A stretch of 64,000 bases of DNA from an uncultured cyanobacterium (GCA_963749915.1 CAVVOP010000021.1:640001-704000); one strand, 5' to 3'. Shown: positions 35,190-47,026, counted from the stretch's first letter. Program-made: numbers and translations. The notes: generated by a model from the letters alone, not told the origin.

Positions 35190-36347
35190 TCAGCATCGTT
35201 GCCTTTCTGCTCTTTTTTTAAATTCCTTTATTTTGGTTAAATCTGATTTTAAAACAGCACTAATTTGATAAAATTTTTCAAGTTTTTCTTCTTTCTTTTT
35301 TGTTTTTTTCTTTTGATTATTTAATTCAATGCAGCTAATTTTTATCTCGGTTATTTGATGATATTTTAACGTCTTATTCAGTCTCAATATTATTTCTTCT
35401 GCTCCTTCTGACGAGCTAAATTCCTCTTTCATCAATTTCTTCAATTTTTCTTCCATTTTTTCTTTTTCTTTCTCTATATTTTTTCTAAGTTTTTCAAGAT
35501 TTGATACTTTTCTTTTTTCACTTTCTACTATTAGACATCTCTGTTCAATTTTTGCATAATTATTCCTTACTTCATACCATGAATATCCCTCTAAACTACT
35601 AGGAATAAAATCAGATGATGGTAATTCTGAAACCAAATTGAGGGCATCTTTTATTGATAATGGAACTCTTGATAACCATTCCATTCCACTCATCAATTTC
35701 AGGTTATTCTCTGTATATAAAGCACTATCACCCACTATCATTGTCTCAAAATCTATCATTGATTTGTATTCAGAAGCTATTTTTCCGAAAACTGCTTTAT
35801 CATTTTCATTGCCCGAAGCTACTCTTAAAAATAGGGGAATATCTCCATCACTACTCACAATTAAATCCAGAATAAATTGTTTTAAATCTGGTCTATGGTC
35901 ACGGGAATAACCTCTAATTATCTTAATTGGAATTTGATTTATTAGCTCTTGTTGTGTATTTTCTTTAACAAAATTGCCGGTAATTTTTTCTTGACTATAT
36001 TTGCCCTCTACCGCAAAAGAAGTTGAATCCAATTCCGATTAAATGTTCTGTGGCTTTATCTTCAAAAAACTGTGGAAATAGATAAAGAGGGCGAGAAATA
36101 AATCCTAATCCATTAAGTATAATTGCTTTGACTATTTGACCAGCTGTGACAATTTCCCTCTCGTCAATCCCAAGGGCATCATTAATAATTTTTTCAAGGC
36201 CAATTTCATCTATAATTCCAGCGATTAATCCTAAATGATTAATAGTTTAAACTTGTATTTCTTCTGAGGAAATCATCATCAAAATTCCATTAAAAACTTA
36301 ATTTAATTATCCCTTTAATAGGCTTAGTTTTCTAATAATTTATCTAG

Positions 36348-37701
36348 GAGTCTGTCGGACTTAAGTGGCAGGGAACAAGATATAATACTTTTGCACTGTC
36401 GAATCTATCAGGAGAAGACTCATTAGTAACAAACCCCCTAAAGTTGATAATCCGACAATGGAACCTCCTTGGCATAAGCTTCAGGAAGCATGGTTTCGGA
36501 AATTACTGTTAACATAGCCCCTGCGGCATAGACTCTAAGATAGAAATCGGGACTCAGGGGCATCGGCAAAAAGTTGACTGCCTAATGCTGCCAATATACC
36601 TGTGACAACCATGATCGATGTCCACATTAGCAAAATTCGGGGAATGGAAACTCCTTGTTGTTTCATTCCTTGGGAACTGGATAAGGCTTCAGGATAATTG
36701 GAGATAAACAATCCAGCCAGTAAGGAACTACTGATGGGATTAGTTATTATATGCGCTCCAATAGTAAGGGCTTCAGGAATTCCATCCATTAACAGTCCTA
36801 GCCAAATAGCCACTGGTGCATCTTTATGCTCTGCCATCATGGAACTCATCCGAGTTGCAGAAGGAATTAATTTTCCTTGATTCATGCTTTGGAGAGATTC
36901 TTGTACCCACTGTGCCGCTTTCTGGGAATCATAATGTTGTCGGGTTTGTAGATAATCCTTAAGTTGGGTTGCTCCAGAAAAGTTTTGACACTTTCTTCCA
37001 GAGGAGGAGACTGGTGTAACATTTCTTCAAAGTCCTGTTTTATGAAACTCCACACTTAAACATCAGTTTTGGCGATCGCTGTTACTCGTATGAGAAGCAC
37101 CGGTTACAAAAGTAATTGTCCAAAAGCATCTGCTGTGGTTAAAACCAGCGAGAAGTTGGCCAGGTGACGGGGATAGATAGATTTCTACTTCACCCTGGTG
37201 AATAATCTGAGACGATCGAGCAAAATCATCGGGCTGAAAAAACACAGTGATCATCTTCAAAGGAACTATAGACTAAGCGATCGGCTATATCTTCGTAAAT
37301 CTTCTCCAGGTAGAATAGCTAAATACTGGAAATCGACGAAATTAGCGGGCTAAATTTAAAAAATCACTTCGGCGTTCTGAATATTGTTTACTGCTGGAAC
37401 TTGTATTCTGCATTATTTGCCGGAGGTAACATGGGCTTAACTCGACCAATCTTTATTTGCTACGTGGATTTGAAGCAGTGACAGGGGAGTGGACACTGGT
37501 GTAGTATTGCTTTCAATTTGAAGCGTTTTTGTAGGCTTTCCAGTGTGTAACATAAGTATCGAAATCAGATTCCCCAAAATCGGACGGTCAAATGGAGCGC
37601 TCGCCATGACACGAAATTACCGGCAAAACGATACAATAGTACTATTTTTTTGTCCCTTCAGTTCTTTTTAATTTCAAAGAATTCCTAAGTTCGACAGACT
37701 C
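36348..37701. mobile_element. Non-autonomous TIR element with passenger DNA
   Basis: TIR GAGTCTGTCGGACTTA / TAAGTTCGACAGACTC; CTAG duplicated at 36344-36347 and 37702-37705; IS1634 sequence resumes on both sides. Confidence 0.85.
36415..37425 (-). pseudogene. Fragment of a ZIP-family metal transporter, probably with a cNMP-binding domain
   Basis: DGIPEAL, SNYPEALSS and AAGAMLTVISETMLPEAY motifs in shifted frames. Confidence 0.7.
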
Positions 37702-38161
37702 CTAGGTTCTCTTAATTATTTAGAGAACTAACTTGTAACTGAGTATTTTTACTTAAAAAACATACTGAGAGTTTCTTTTGATAGTCACTTTTCAGTCTCT
37801 AATTTCATAATCTGAAATTATACAGTTTGACGTGCGGAATGTGGGATTAAACTTCCAAGGTACAATTCATCAGTTTCTAGACCAAAGCCGCTTATTGCAT
37901 CCCAACGGCATGAAACACGAACTAACCAAACCTGCGATTAAAGCGATTTACGCAAATAGATTCCAACAGCGTAATCCATTCTTTTCCGATCAATATTATG
38001 CAGTAATTCTCAGGTTGTGCATTACAATAGTATTTCATTGTAAACACAAGGAACATTTTGCTTTTTTTGCGCAGCAGAAGTATTATTATCGTTTATTTTC
38101 GGCATTACGCGGCTCTTCGGGCGCACCCTGCGTGCGATCGCACTACAAGATGGCGATCGCA

Positions 38162-38542
38162 CTATAATAGTACTCGCAATTTAAAAGCTTCTTGAGAATT
38201 AAGTTGACGTTTTCCATTTAATATGTCTAAGATTGTCTGTTCTTGCTCAAAAATATTCAAAAAATCTGTTATGTTTAAATTATATTCTTCTATTAATGTT
38301 TGTAATAATTCTCTATCAGTTAATTTGGGAAGTTGCTCATTTTTTTCTTCATAATCATAGACCAACATACCTAATACTCTTAGATAGTCTTGATCATCTT
38401 GATTAAGATTTTTTCGATCTAATAGATCATTAATTCTTTTTTGAGTTGCTATTAATTCAGCTTCATTTGTGATAGGACGGGGAGCAAATTCTGTAATTAA
38501 ATTAAGATAATAAATACTAGGAGTTGTCAAACCAGTTGTCAT
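38162..38542 (-). CDS. higA: HigA-type antitoxin
   Basis: FAPRPITNEAEL...LVYDYEEK plus C-terminal HTH (ILNGKRQL); overlaps the toxin gene. Confidence 0.85.
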   Translation of the reverse strand: MTTGLTTPSIYYLNLITEFAPRPITNEAELIATQKRINDLLDRKNLNQDDQDYLRVLGMLVYDYEEKNEQLPKLTDRELLQTLIEEYNLNITDFLNIFEQEQTILDILNGKRQLNSQEAFKLRVLL

Positions 38543-38828
38543 TTTTCCACTTCTCCTTATCATAATCTGGGTGGGTTAAAACAGCGCGAATAAAGATGAT
38601 TTGTGCTTGATAATCAATGTAAGTGATTAAGCGATAATTATTACCACTAATATTAAAAATAGTAAAATTGCTAACTAAATCAGCCGAGGAAAATAGTTGA
38701 CGCAATTGAGCAAAATTCTCAAGGGAAGATTTTGTAACTTTTTCATACCATAATAATAAGCTATTTCTAGCTTTTGGGTGCTTTTCCCAAAATTCTCGCA
38801 ATGTCCTCCGACTAATTACTCGCATCAT
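38517..38828 (-). CDS. higB: HigB-type mRNA interferase toxin
   Basis: MRVISRRTLREFWEKHP...FNISGNNYRLI...LTH-x-x-YDK. Confidence 0.9.
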   Translation of the reverse strand: MMRVISRRTLREFWEKHPKARNSLLLWYEKVTKSSLENFAQLRQLFSSADLVSNFTIFNISGNNYRLITYIDYQAQIIFIRAVLTHPDYDKEKWKNDNWFDNS

Positions 38829-39130
38829 CTAAAAAGATAAACACTTTATTAATGATAACTCAATAAACTTAGGTTTATGGATAGCTACTAAGCAAGAATA
38901 AGACAGATAATCATCGATTATTGTAGGTTCTTAAGAGCGGGAAAGAGACGACAATGGTGTTGGGTTTCGCTTAATCAAATTGATAAGTTTTCTCAAAAAT
39001 ATTGATTCGCTCAACCCAACCTACGGGCGAGGCGCACCGCCGAAGGCGGATCTCTTCGAGATCGCACTATGGTGAGGTTATCGCCCGATAAAATAGATGA
39101 AGACAAAATTACGGTTAACTATCTTCCCCA

Positions 39131-39313
39131 ATGCCTAACTACAGACGAGTCAATCTTGCTGGTGGTACTTATTTTATAACACAGGTAACCTATCAGAGAG
39201 AACCTTGGCTGTGTCGTGAAGTTGGACGCAAGGCTCTCAGGGAAGCCATGGAAAAAGTACGAGAGAAATATCCTTTTTCGATTGATGCTTTTGAAGGAGT
39301 TTGGGATGAATGA
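39131..39313 (+). pseudogene. N-terminal fragment of a REP-associated tyrosine transposase (RAYT)
   Basis: MPNYRR...GGTYFITQVTYQR...PFSIDAF, truncated before the HUH motif. Confidence 0.8.
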
Positions 39314-39364
39314 TGTGAAAGTGGGGTGGGTATAGCCTTCGGCATAGCTCCGCTAGAGCGACAG

Positions 39365-39441
39365 CGTAACCCACCGAAATATTATGGGATAGGTGGTGCG
39401 TCACATTTCATTAACGCACCCTACAAGATGGCGATCGCACT
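39365..39441 (+). repeat. 77-bp REP/HIP1 direct repeat, copy 1
   Basis: Matches 40112-40188 with one mismatch; contains hairpin GGTGCGT...ACGCACC followed by CTAC (GTAG foot on the minus strand) and a HIP1 site. Confidence 0.85.
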
Positions 39442-39459
39442 ACAAGATCCGCGATCGCG

Positions 39460-39654
39460 CTACAGGATATTTGATTGCAATTTTTCTCGTTGTAGTAACC
39501 TTGCTCGCTTCTGTTCACGCAATTGGGCATCAATTTGAGCGATCGCATCATCTAAAAACAAATTATATAATTCTAGTTGGTGATTACTTTGTCTTAATCC
39601 TTCCAAACAACGTTTTTTCGTTTCTTCGTCGGGGTAGAGATATTGCTTACTCAT
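39460..39654 (-). CDS. Small hypothetical coiled-coil protein
   Basis: ATG 39654 overlaps the upstream stop (ATGA coupling). Confidence 0.6.
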   Translation of the reverse strand: MSKQYLYPDEETKKRCLEGLRQSNHQLELYNLFLDDAIAQIDAQLREQKRARLLQREKLQSNIL

Positions 39655-39995
39655 GGTAAACTCCAACCTTTTTTGATTTCTTGAATACTAGCATGGGAAG
39701 CTTCTAAATTAGCAGACCCATTGTTAATTGCTTGAGTTAATAACTCAATCATAGCATTTGAGGCTATAGGCTGTGCTTCCAAAATTCTCAATGTTAAAGT
39801 GTTTAGGCGAGAATAGGATTGATTTAATCTTTCTTTGACATTTTGTAATTCTTCTAATTCATTAATTGTCTGAGTAGTTTCCCCGTATTTTTCAAAAATC
39901 ATCCATTCAGTTGCACCAGCATTTTCGATTTCCTCTGCTATTTGTCGCAAGAGGTTGAAAATATTGGTTAAGGCTTCAGGAGATAATTTTGCCAT
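39651..39995 (-). CDS. Hypothetical helical protein (114 aa)
   Basis: Clean ORF with host-like codon use, coupled to the downstream ORF. Confidence 0.7.
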   Translation of the reverse strand: MAKLSPEALTNIFNLLRQIAEEIENAGATEWMIFEKYGETTQTINELEELQNVKERLNQSYSRLNTLTLRILEAQPIASNAMIELLTQAINNGSANLEASHASIQEIKKGWSLP

Positions 39996-40111
39996 TGTTG
40001 CTAAAAACTCTTTTTTTATTCATTTTCACATAATATCTGTTAAGTAGGGCTTGCTTAAAAAGACCAAAACCTTTACATATCTTAAGTCCAGTAGGGTAAG
40101 TTAGCGCTACT

Positions 40112-40188
40112 CGTAACCCACCGAAATATTATGGGATAGGTGGTGCGTTACATTTCATTAACGCACCCTACAAGATGGCGATCGCACT
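40112..40188 (+). repeat. 77-bp REP/HIP1 direct repeat, copy 2
   Basis: Matches 39365-39441. Confidence 0.85.
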
Positions 40189-40248
40189 GCCGCTGCGCGA
40201 TCGAAAATGATATGGGTGCGGTTCTTTGATAAAATAAGAAGAACACAT

Positions 40249-41527
40249 GGGCACCTCGAAAAATTCAAACTACACTCATCAGGTCAGTCTCTGAGGCAAT
40301 TTTTTTGAAAAGCTGAATGTAACATAAATTCATAGCACGAGTCTCTGGGAATTAATTATCGGACTTGCCAACACTTGAAAGCTTTTAACTGAGCTGAATT
40401 CATCAATTTACCTTTCTGTTAACCTCCCTAAGCTGCACGAGTTTCTAGATACACGTATCGTTTCAAATTGTACGCCAGATTTTTCAAGCCTAGATTGGCT
40501 TTGGCTCGCTCAATCCCAATTGAGCGTATCAACTTACCTCCCATCTCATTGACGATAGCTCCAAACACATGCTCTACCTTGGCCCGAGTCTTGGACTTCT
40601 GGCGATTGTTCTCTTTCTGCTCTTCTGTTAACGGGTGATTGCGATACCCTCTCTCATTGATGTGAGAACACCAGTTCAATAACACTAAGAACCATTCAAT
40701 CAAGGCACTGCGATAGGCACTATCGGCCCAAACCCCATCTCCTTCATTATCTTCATCTAAGATCTCGGCTAAGGCTTGGGAATCATGTACGGCTGCATCG
40801 GTGACACTATAGTTACGCACAAAACCGTGTTCAACGTCCACATTGATGTGGTTCTTGTAGCCGAAATGACTCACGTTGTTTTTCTTGGTCCAGGTCGCAT
40901 CAATGTCCCGCTGGGACAGACGATGGGGGTTTTCCTGCCAATTTTGGGGAATTTCCCCTTGGTCTAATTGCTCCTTTTCCTCCTTGCTAATATGCTGCTT
41001 GGGAACCGGAACGATCGTCGCATCAATAATTTGCCCCCCCTGAGCTTGGTAGCCCTGAGCTATTAGGTAGCTCTCAAACTGCTCAAAGAGTGCTTCAATC
41101 AGACCAGCATCCGTTAACTGTTGACGGAACAACCAGACCGTTGTCCCATCTGGGACGGCATCAGCTAAGCTCAAACCGAGAAACTCCATGAAGGAAAGAC
41201 GATCATTGACCTGATACTCTAGTTGGTCATCGCTGAGGTTGTGCAGTTTTTGCAGAATTAGCAACTTGAACATCAACACCACATCGAAGGGCTTACGACC
41301 TGCGTTGCTTTTCCTCGGCTTCTGACGCACCCGCTCTAAAATGGGTCGGAACTCTTCCCAGGGAACAGTTTCGTTGAGTCGCCTCAAGAAGTTGTTCTTC
41401 TGGTTCAGTTTCTGGTATCGTTGAGTTAGTTCTGGTTGTCCGGCTACGTTCATGGTGCTTCACCTCCGTGACATCTAATCTCTAGGATTGCACTATTGAG
41501 GAACTAAATCAATTTTTCGAGGTGCCC
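40249..41527 (-). mobile_element. IS5-family insertion sequence
   Basis: 17-bp TIR GGGCACCTCGAAAAATT / AATTTTTCGAGGTGCCC. Confidence 0.9.
40428..41453 (-). CDS. IS5-family transposase, apparently intact
   Basis: IIDATIV, HFGYKNH, WADSAY, RAKVEHVFG. Confidence 0.93.
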   Translation of the reverse strand: MNVAGQPELTQRYQKLNQKNNFLRRLNETVPWEEFRPILERVRQKPRKSNAGRKPFDVVLMFKLLILQKLHNLSDDQLEYQVNDRLSFMEFLGLSLADAVPDGTTVWLFRQQLTDAGLIEALFEQFESYLIAQGYQAQGGQIIDATIVPVPKQHISKEEKEQLDQGEIPQNWQENPHRLSQRDIDATWTKKNNVSHFGYKNHINVDVEHGFVRNYSVTDAAVHDSQALAEILDEDNEGDGVWADSAYRSALIEWFLVLLNWCSHINERGYRNHPLTEEQKENNRQKSKTRAKVEHVFGAIVNEMGGKLIRSIGIERAKANLGLKNLAYNLKRYVYLETRAA

Positions 41528-42200
41528 TAGAGAAAGAAAAAGAAAAAGCAGAAGAAACATTAACAAAGTTGATGAAAGAAGAATTTAGGTCATCAGAAGT
41601 AGCAGAGGAAATAGTTTTAAGACTGAATAAGACTTTAAAATATCATGAAATAACCGAGATAAAAATTAGAGAAAATGAGTTAAAAAAGCAGCAAAAAAAA
41701 TCTAAAAAGAAAGAAGACAAATGAAGTGCGTCGCTTATTAGAGGAGAGAAAAACGAGGATAAAAAATCAGCTAGGAAAACTAACGGAACGTCCAACGTTA
41801 AGATGGATATTTCAATGTTTTCAGGGGATTCATTTAGTAATAAATCAAGGAATAAAACAGATAGTAAATCTAACAAATGAACGAAAACTAATTTTAAGTT
41901 TTTTCCCGATTTCTTGTCATAATTATTATATTTTATCTGGATAACTTATGGGATTTAAGAGTCTAAACATTCTCAATTATAATATCATAAATAAAGAATA
42001 GAAAACTGATAGATTTGCTCTGTTTATTTATTCTCATTAAAGGTGAAGTTATTGACAATGAGATTTTAATTTGAGCAAAGTTCGCAAGTACAAAACGCGA
42101 ATAAAGAAGATATTGAGTATTATTACTTATATTTTGTCCAAAATAAGTTGCTTGGTTTTAATACTTTTATCATCTTACAAAGTGACGTGCGGAATGTGGG
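41528..42200 (+). mobile_element. IS1634 right-end remnant with an internal deletion
   Basis: Near-identical to ~10460-10938; TIR at 42183-42200. Confidence 0.85.
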
Positions 42201-42402
42201 TTCAACCATTGTTCATCGGTGATATCAGTATCGTAACTTAGGCGCATCATAGAAGAGAATTTTTATCTAATTTTGAGTTCCTTGACTCATTCTAGGATTT
42301 TTCAAACACTCTCTCTAACAGACCCATTAATATTCTCTACTTCCGTCAAGATAGTCGTAATACATCCCACAGCTAAAGCAAGTGGGTCTTCTGAGAAGTT
42401 AT

Positions 42403-43194
42403 CTATCGTAAGTGCTCACATCTAAGTTGGTGATTGGGACTAAGAAGAGTGAGCCAAGCCAACAATACTACACCTAGAGTTCCTAAAGCACTTCCTGAGG
42501 CGATGGCAAAGACAATAACTATTTGATAACGCACTGCATCAATAGGACTAGCCCCTGCTAAAATTTGACCTGTCATCATTCCGGGTAAACTGACTAAGCC
42601 CATCACCATCATCGAGTTAATGATGGGTATCATCCCTGTTTTTACTGCCGCCTGAACTTCTCGGTGGGTGGCTTCCCAACGTGTTGCCCCTAATGCCAAT
42701 AAAGTCTCGATGGCACGACGGTTAGTCACTAATCCTTCCATAAATCGTTCTAAACCTAAAGAAATTCCCGTGAGGGTATTCCCCATTATCATCCCTAACA
42801 TTGGGATTAAATATTGGGGGTTGTACCAGGGTTTTACTTGAATAATTCCCGCTACTGATAAATTGGTAACGATAAAAGCTGCCACCAAAATTGATAGTAA
42901 ACTCTGCCAATATATACCCGGAAATCTGCGAGAAGTGCGATTCACGGCGGAAATTCCCGCTATTCCTGCCATTAATAGTGCGATCGCTAATACCAAAAAC
43001 GGGTCAGAAAGGGCAAATAACCATTCAAGGACATAGCCAATTAATAGTAACTGTACAACCATCCGTATTGATGCTATCAGCAAAGGGCGTTCTAACCCCA
43101 AACGCAACCGGAGGGAGAGGGCGACATTGATTAGAATTAACAAAAAAGAAATAGCAAGTTGTCCGTAACTCAAAGAAAGGTAATTATCCGACAT
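42403..43194 (-). CDS. fetB: ABC transporter permease, UPF0014 (FetB/YbbM-like)
   Basis: RMVVQLLLIG, YLIPMLGMIMGN, GLVSLPGMMTGQILAG...AVRYQI. Confidence 0.88.
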   Translation of the reverse strand: MSDNYLSLSYGQLAISFLLILINVALSLRLRLGLERPLLIASIRMVVQLLLIGYVLEWLFALSDPFLVLAIALLMAGIAGISAVNRTSRRFPGIYWQSLLSILVAAFIVTNLSVAGIIQVKPWYNPQYLIPMLGMIMGNTLTGISLGLERFMEGLVTNRRAIETLLALGATRWEATHREVQAAVKTGMIPIINSMMVMGLVSLPGMMTGQILAGASPIDAVRYQIVIVFAIASGSALGTLGVVLLAWLTLLSPNHQLRCEHLR

Positions 43195-43834
43195 AGACAG
43201 AAAGCATAAGTTGTTGATTGGTGACTCGTTTAATTTGTCTGGGATCATGACTAGTCCAGATACAAGCCCTTCGGGAATCTTGGTCTAACCATGTGGCGAT
43301 GGCTAACTCCACTTGTTTTGTTGTTTCTGGATCTAAAGATGCCGTGCATTCATCTAATAATAAAACCATCGGTTCAAGTTGTAACCCCCGTATTAGTGCC
43401 ATAATTTGACTTTCTCCTCCGGATAAACTGGTAGCCTGTTTTTGAAGAAATTCTGGGGGACGCTTGAATATATCAAGTAGAGTCACAATTCGGTTGCCAT
43501 CGAAATGTCGATGACGGTGGACAGCTAGTTGATAAACGGCTTTCAAATTAGTTTCAACAGTTCCCTCAAACATAATCGGTTGTTGATGTAAATACATAAC
43601 TTGGGAACGGTACAGAGGCAGATTCCAAGCGGACAAGGGGCGATCCTGATAATTAATTTCTCCTTGATCTAAGGGATCAAGTCCGGCGATAGCTCTCAAA
43701 AGTAGGCTTTTGCCTGTTCCCGTAGCACCAATTAATCCTAACTGTGCTCCAGCAACTAAGGTAAAGGAGAGATCTCGCCATAACCAGCGAGAATCAATTT
43801 TACGCCCGATTTTTATGCCCTGAAGAGTGACCAT
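43184..43834 (-). CDS. fetA: ABC transporter ATP-binding protein (FetA/YbbL-like)
   Basis: GATGTGKS, LSGGE, LLLDECTASLD, SHD. Confidence 0.85.
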   Translation of the reverse strand: MVTLQGIKIGRKIDSRWLWRDLSFTLVAGAQLGLIGATGTGKSLLLRAIAGLDPLDQGEINYQDRPLSAWNLPLYRSQVMYLHQQPIMFEGTVETNLKAVYQLAVHRHRHFDGNRIVTLLDIFKRPPEFLQKQATSLSGGESQIMALIRGLQLEPMVLLLDECTASLDPETTKQVELAIATWLDQDSRRACIWTSHDPRQIKRVTNQQLMLSVYVG

Positions 43835-44238
43835 TTGTCTTAATTACGTGTTTAAAAATATAAAATTTGCCAATAATTGATTGTATTTTTTAGTAAAATT
43901 TGATGAAAATTAATTTCGTTAATTATAATAAATTATAGACTATAATAATAACAAAAATCAAGAAGAAAAATTCATATTATCAAGGGTAAAATATGAATAC
44001 TAAATGTTAAAGCTTAGGATAAAATACTATTTGTAAAAGAGTTATTTTTTAGTTAATAAATAGGTTTAAACAACTATATTTATAGTACTTATAAATCGAT
44101 ATTTTATTGTTATTGTTGCCAATTTAATTAGGAAAAATTCTTAACCTATTCTTAATATTAAACTTTTTTTATAAAACAGTTGCAAATATTAAATATCTGT
44201 GATATCCTGAGACACAATTAACATTTTTAAAGATAATT

Positions 44239-46647
44239 ATGGTTCAATCTTTACAAAAACCAAATACAAGTATTTTGGCTGAAGATGAGTTACAGAAAAT
44301 TAACGCTTATTGGCGTGCATGTAACTATTTAGCCGTGGGGATGATTTATCTACGAGACAATCCCTTACTGAAGGAATCTTTAAAGCCCGAACATATCAAG
44401 TATCGTTTATTAGGTCACTGGGGATCTAGTCCAGGTTTAAGTTTTGTTTATGTGCATCTTAACCGCTTGATTAAGAAATACGATCTTAACATGATATATC
44501 TAGCTGGTCCTGGTCATGGTGCCCCTGGTATTCTTGGTCCAGTTTATCTTGAAAATACCTATTCAGAAATTTACCCTGATAAAAGCCAAGATGAAGAAGG
44601 AATGCGCAAGTTTTTTAAACAGTTTTCCTTCCCTGGTCATATCGGTAGTCATGTAACCCCGGAAACTCCCGGATCAATCCATGAAGGTGGTGAGTTGGGT
44701 TATAGTTTATCCCATGGTTACGGTTCAATTTTAGATAATCCGGATCTCATTTCTGTGGTAATGGTGGGTGATGGTGAATCAGAAACAGGACCTTTAGCCA
44801 CTTCTTGGCATTCTAATAAGTTTATTAACCCTATCCGTGATGGTGCTGTATTACCGATTTTACACCTCAATGGTTATAAAATTGCCAACCCCACGATTCT
44901 CTCTCGTATTTCCCATGAAGAATTAGAAGCGCTTTTCATCGGTTATGGTTATGAGCCTTATTTTGTCGAAGGTGATGATCCCATGACAATGCACGAAAAA
45001 ATGGCGGCTACCCTTGAAGAATGCGTTAACAAAATTAAGGCAATTCAAGCAGAAGTGCGTAGTAGTGGTGTTCCTAAACGTCCTCGTTGGCCTATGATTG
45101 TCTTTAGGTCTCCTAAAGGTTGGACTGGTCCTAAAAATGTGGATGGGCATAAAGTGGAAGGTTTTTGGCGATCGCATCAAGTTCCCATGGGTGAAATGCA
45201 CAGTAATCCTGAACACGTCCAATTGTTGGAACAATGGATGAAAAGCTATAAACCCGAAGAATTATTCGACGAAAATGGTCGTTTAATCCCCGAATTAGCA
45301 GAATTAGCACCCGTTGGCGATCGCCGTATGAGTGCCAACCCCATTACGAACGGTGGTTTACTGCGTAAAGACTTAAACTTGCCGGATTTTCGAGATCCTG
45401 CCTATGCTATACCTGTGGACGAACCGGGTAAAATTGAGGTAGAAAATACTAAAATTATGGGGATCTTTTTACGAGATGTTATGGCTCGTAATATGACCAG
45501 TTTTCGAGTATTTGGTCCTGATGAAACCGCTTCCAACCGTTTAAATCCCATTTATGCCGTATCGAAAAAAGTCTGGATGGCGGATTATTTACCCGAAGAT
45601 GCAGACGGCGGCGAACTTTCCCCTGATGGTCGTGTCATGGAAATGTTGAGCGAACACACCTTAGAAGGATGGTTAGAAACCTATCTTTTAACCGGCAGAC
45701 ATGGTTTATTCCATACTTACGAAGCCTTTGCCCATGTTATCGATTCTATGTTCAACCAACACGCAAAATGGTTAGATATTTCTAAAAATCATGTGCCTTG
45801 GCGTGCACCTGTTTCCTCCTTAAATATTTTACTGTCATCTACCGTCTGGCGACAAGATCATAACGGTTTTTCTCACCAGGATCCGGGCTTTGTGGATCTG
45901 GTAACCAATAAAAGTGCAGATGTAACCCGTGTTTATTTCCCACCAGATGCCAACTGTTTATTAAGCGTCATTGATCATTGTTTACGCAGTAAAGACTATG
46001 TAAACGTCATCATTGCCGATAAACAAAACCATTTACAGTACTTAAATATCGATGATGCCGTCAAACACTGTACTAAAGGGATCGGTATTTGGGAATGGGC
46101 GAGTAACGATGATCAAGGGGTGTTACCTGATGAGCCAGATGTAATTATGGCTTGTTGCGGTGATGTACCGACCATGGAATCTTTAGCAGCGACAGAAATT
46201 CTACGCAAAGAATGTCCTGAGTTGAAAGTGCGTTTTATCAACGTGGTGGATATTTTTAAGTTACAAGATGAAAATGAGCATCCCCACGGCTTATCTCACC
46301 GAGATTTTGTTACCCTATTTACTGAAGATAAACCGATTATTTTCAACTTCCACGGCTATCCTTGGTTAATCCATAAATTAGCCTATCGTCATCCCAATGC
46401 TAACCGTCTCCACGTGCGCGGTTACAAGGAAGAAGGCAACATTAACACTCCTTTAGAGTTAGCCATTAAAAATCAAGTGGATCGTTTTAATCTCGTTATC
46501 GATGTAATCGATCGTGTCCCCAGTCTCGGATCTCGTGCTGCATACTTAAAAGAGCGTATGAAAAACGAAATTATTGAAAACCTCAACTATGCACATACTC
46601 AAGGTATTGATAAAGAGGAAATTACTAACTGGAAATGGAATGGCTAG
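44239..46647 (+). CDS. xfp: Phosphoketolase
   Basis: [42 protein letters not shown]. Confidence 0.96.
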   Translation: MVQSLQKPNTSILAEDELQKINAYWRACNYLAVGMIYLRDNPLLKESLKPEHIKYRLLGHWGSSPGLSFVYVHLNRLIKKYDLNMIYLAGPGHGAPGILGPVYLENTYSEIYPDKSQDEEGMRKFFKQFSFPGHIGSHVTPETPGSIHEGGELGYSLSHGYGSILDNPDLISVVMVGDGESETGPLATSWHSNKFINPIRDGAVLPILHLNGYKIANPTILSRISHEELEALFIGYGYEPYFVEGDDPMTMHEKMAATLEECVNKIKAIQAEVRSSGVPKRPRWPMIVFRSPKGWTGPKNVDGHKVEGFWRSHQVPMGEMHSNPEHVQLLEQWMKSYKPEELFDENGRLIPELAELAPVGDRRMSANPITNGGLLRKDLNLPDFRDPAYAIPVDEPGKIEVENTKIMGIFLRDVMARNMTSFRVFGPDETASNRLNPIYAVSKKVWMADYLPEDADGGELSPDGRVMEMLSEHTLEGWLETYLLTGRHGLFHTYEAFAHVIDSMFNQHAKWLDISKNHVPWRAPVSSLNILLSSTVWRQDHNGFSHQDPGFVDLVTNKSADVTRVYFPPDANCLLSVIDHCLRSKDYVNVIIADKQNHLQYLNIDDAVKHCTKGIGIWEWASNDDQGVLPDEPDVIMACCGDVPTMESLAATEILRKECPELKVRFINVVDIFKLQDENEHPHGLSHRDFVTLFTEDKPIIFNFHGYPWLIHKLAYRHPNANRLHVRGYKEEGNINTPLELAIKNQVDRFNLVIDVIDRVPSLGSRAAYLKERMKNEIIENLNYAHTQGIDKEEITNWKWNG

Positions 46648-46683
46648 TTGACAATTAACAATTAACAATTAATTAACAATCCC

Positions 46684-47026
46684 GTTGTTGAAGAGAAAGC
46701 ATAACCCACAGTATTTTGGTGTTTGGGAAACCAAAGGCTGACGCTGGGTTAAATGGCGGTAACTGATAGCCTAAAAAAGGGGAATCCCGTCTAGCAGACT
46801 GACCACGAGTAGGAAGACGAACTCTTATCTGAACCATGGTCACCACGAAATAGCTAAATAGGCCAGGGCAAACGCATCTAAATTCTGTAAGCCTTGCCCA
46901 GCAAGGATTTGAAATTTTAATCACAAAACAAAATAATGGCTGAAACCTTTGTCCACTAAGCCTTCTAAAAATAAGATGCGTTTGCCCTGCTAAATAGGCT
47001 GACAAGCTATACCAAAAGGTAAAAGT
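46684..47026 (+). ncRNA. 5' remnant (domain I) of a group II intron
   Basis: GTTAAATGGCGGTAACTGATAGCC and AAATAGGCTGACAAGC...CCAAAAGGTAA blocks recalled from cyanobacterial chloroplast-like group IIB introns; no RT or domain V present. Confidence 0.55.
46864..46989. mobile_element. 126-bp MITE with 10-bp target duplication
   Basis: TIR CAGGGCAAACGCATCT / AGATGCGTTTGCCCTG; CTAAATAGGC at 46854-46863 and 46990-46999. Confidence 0.9.

Larger units (their letters stand above)
35190..37845 (-). mobile_element. Degenerate IS1634 copy (5' portion), interrupted by a nested element
   Basis: TIR at 37828-37845; ORF 35190-36032 is homologous to 9019-10602; internal deletion near 36035. Confidence 0.85.

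Noticed and set aside
46648..46680. AACAATT heptamer runs (also ~26215, 28646, 59707)
   Set aside because: Ordinary cyanobacterial STRR repeats.
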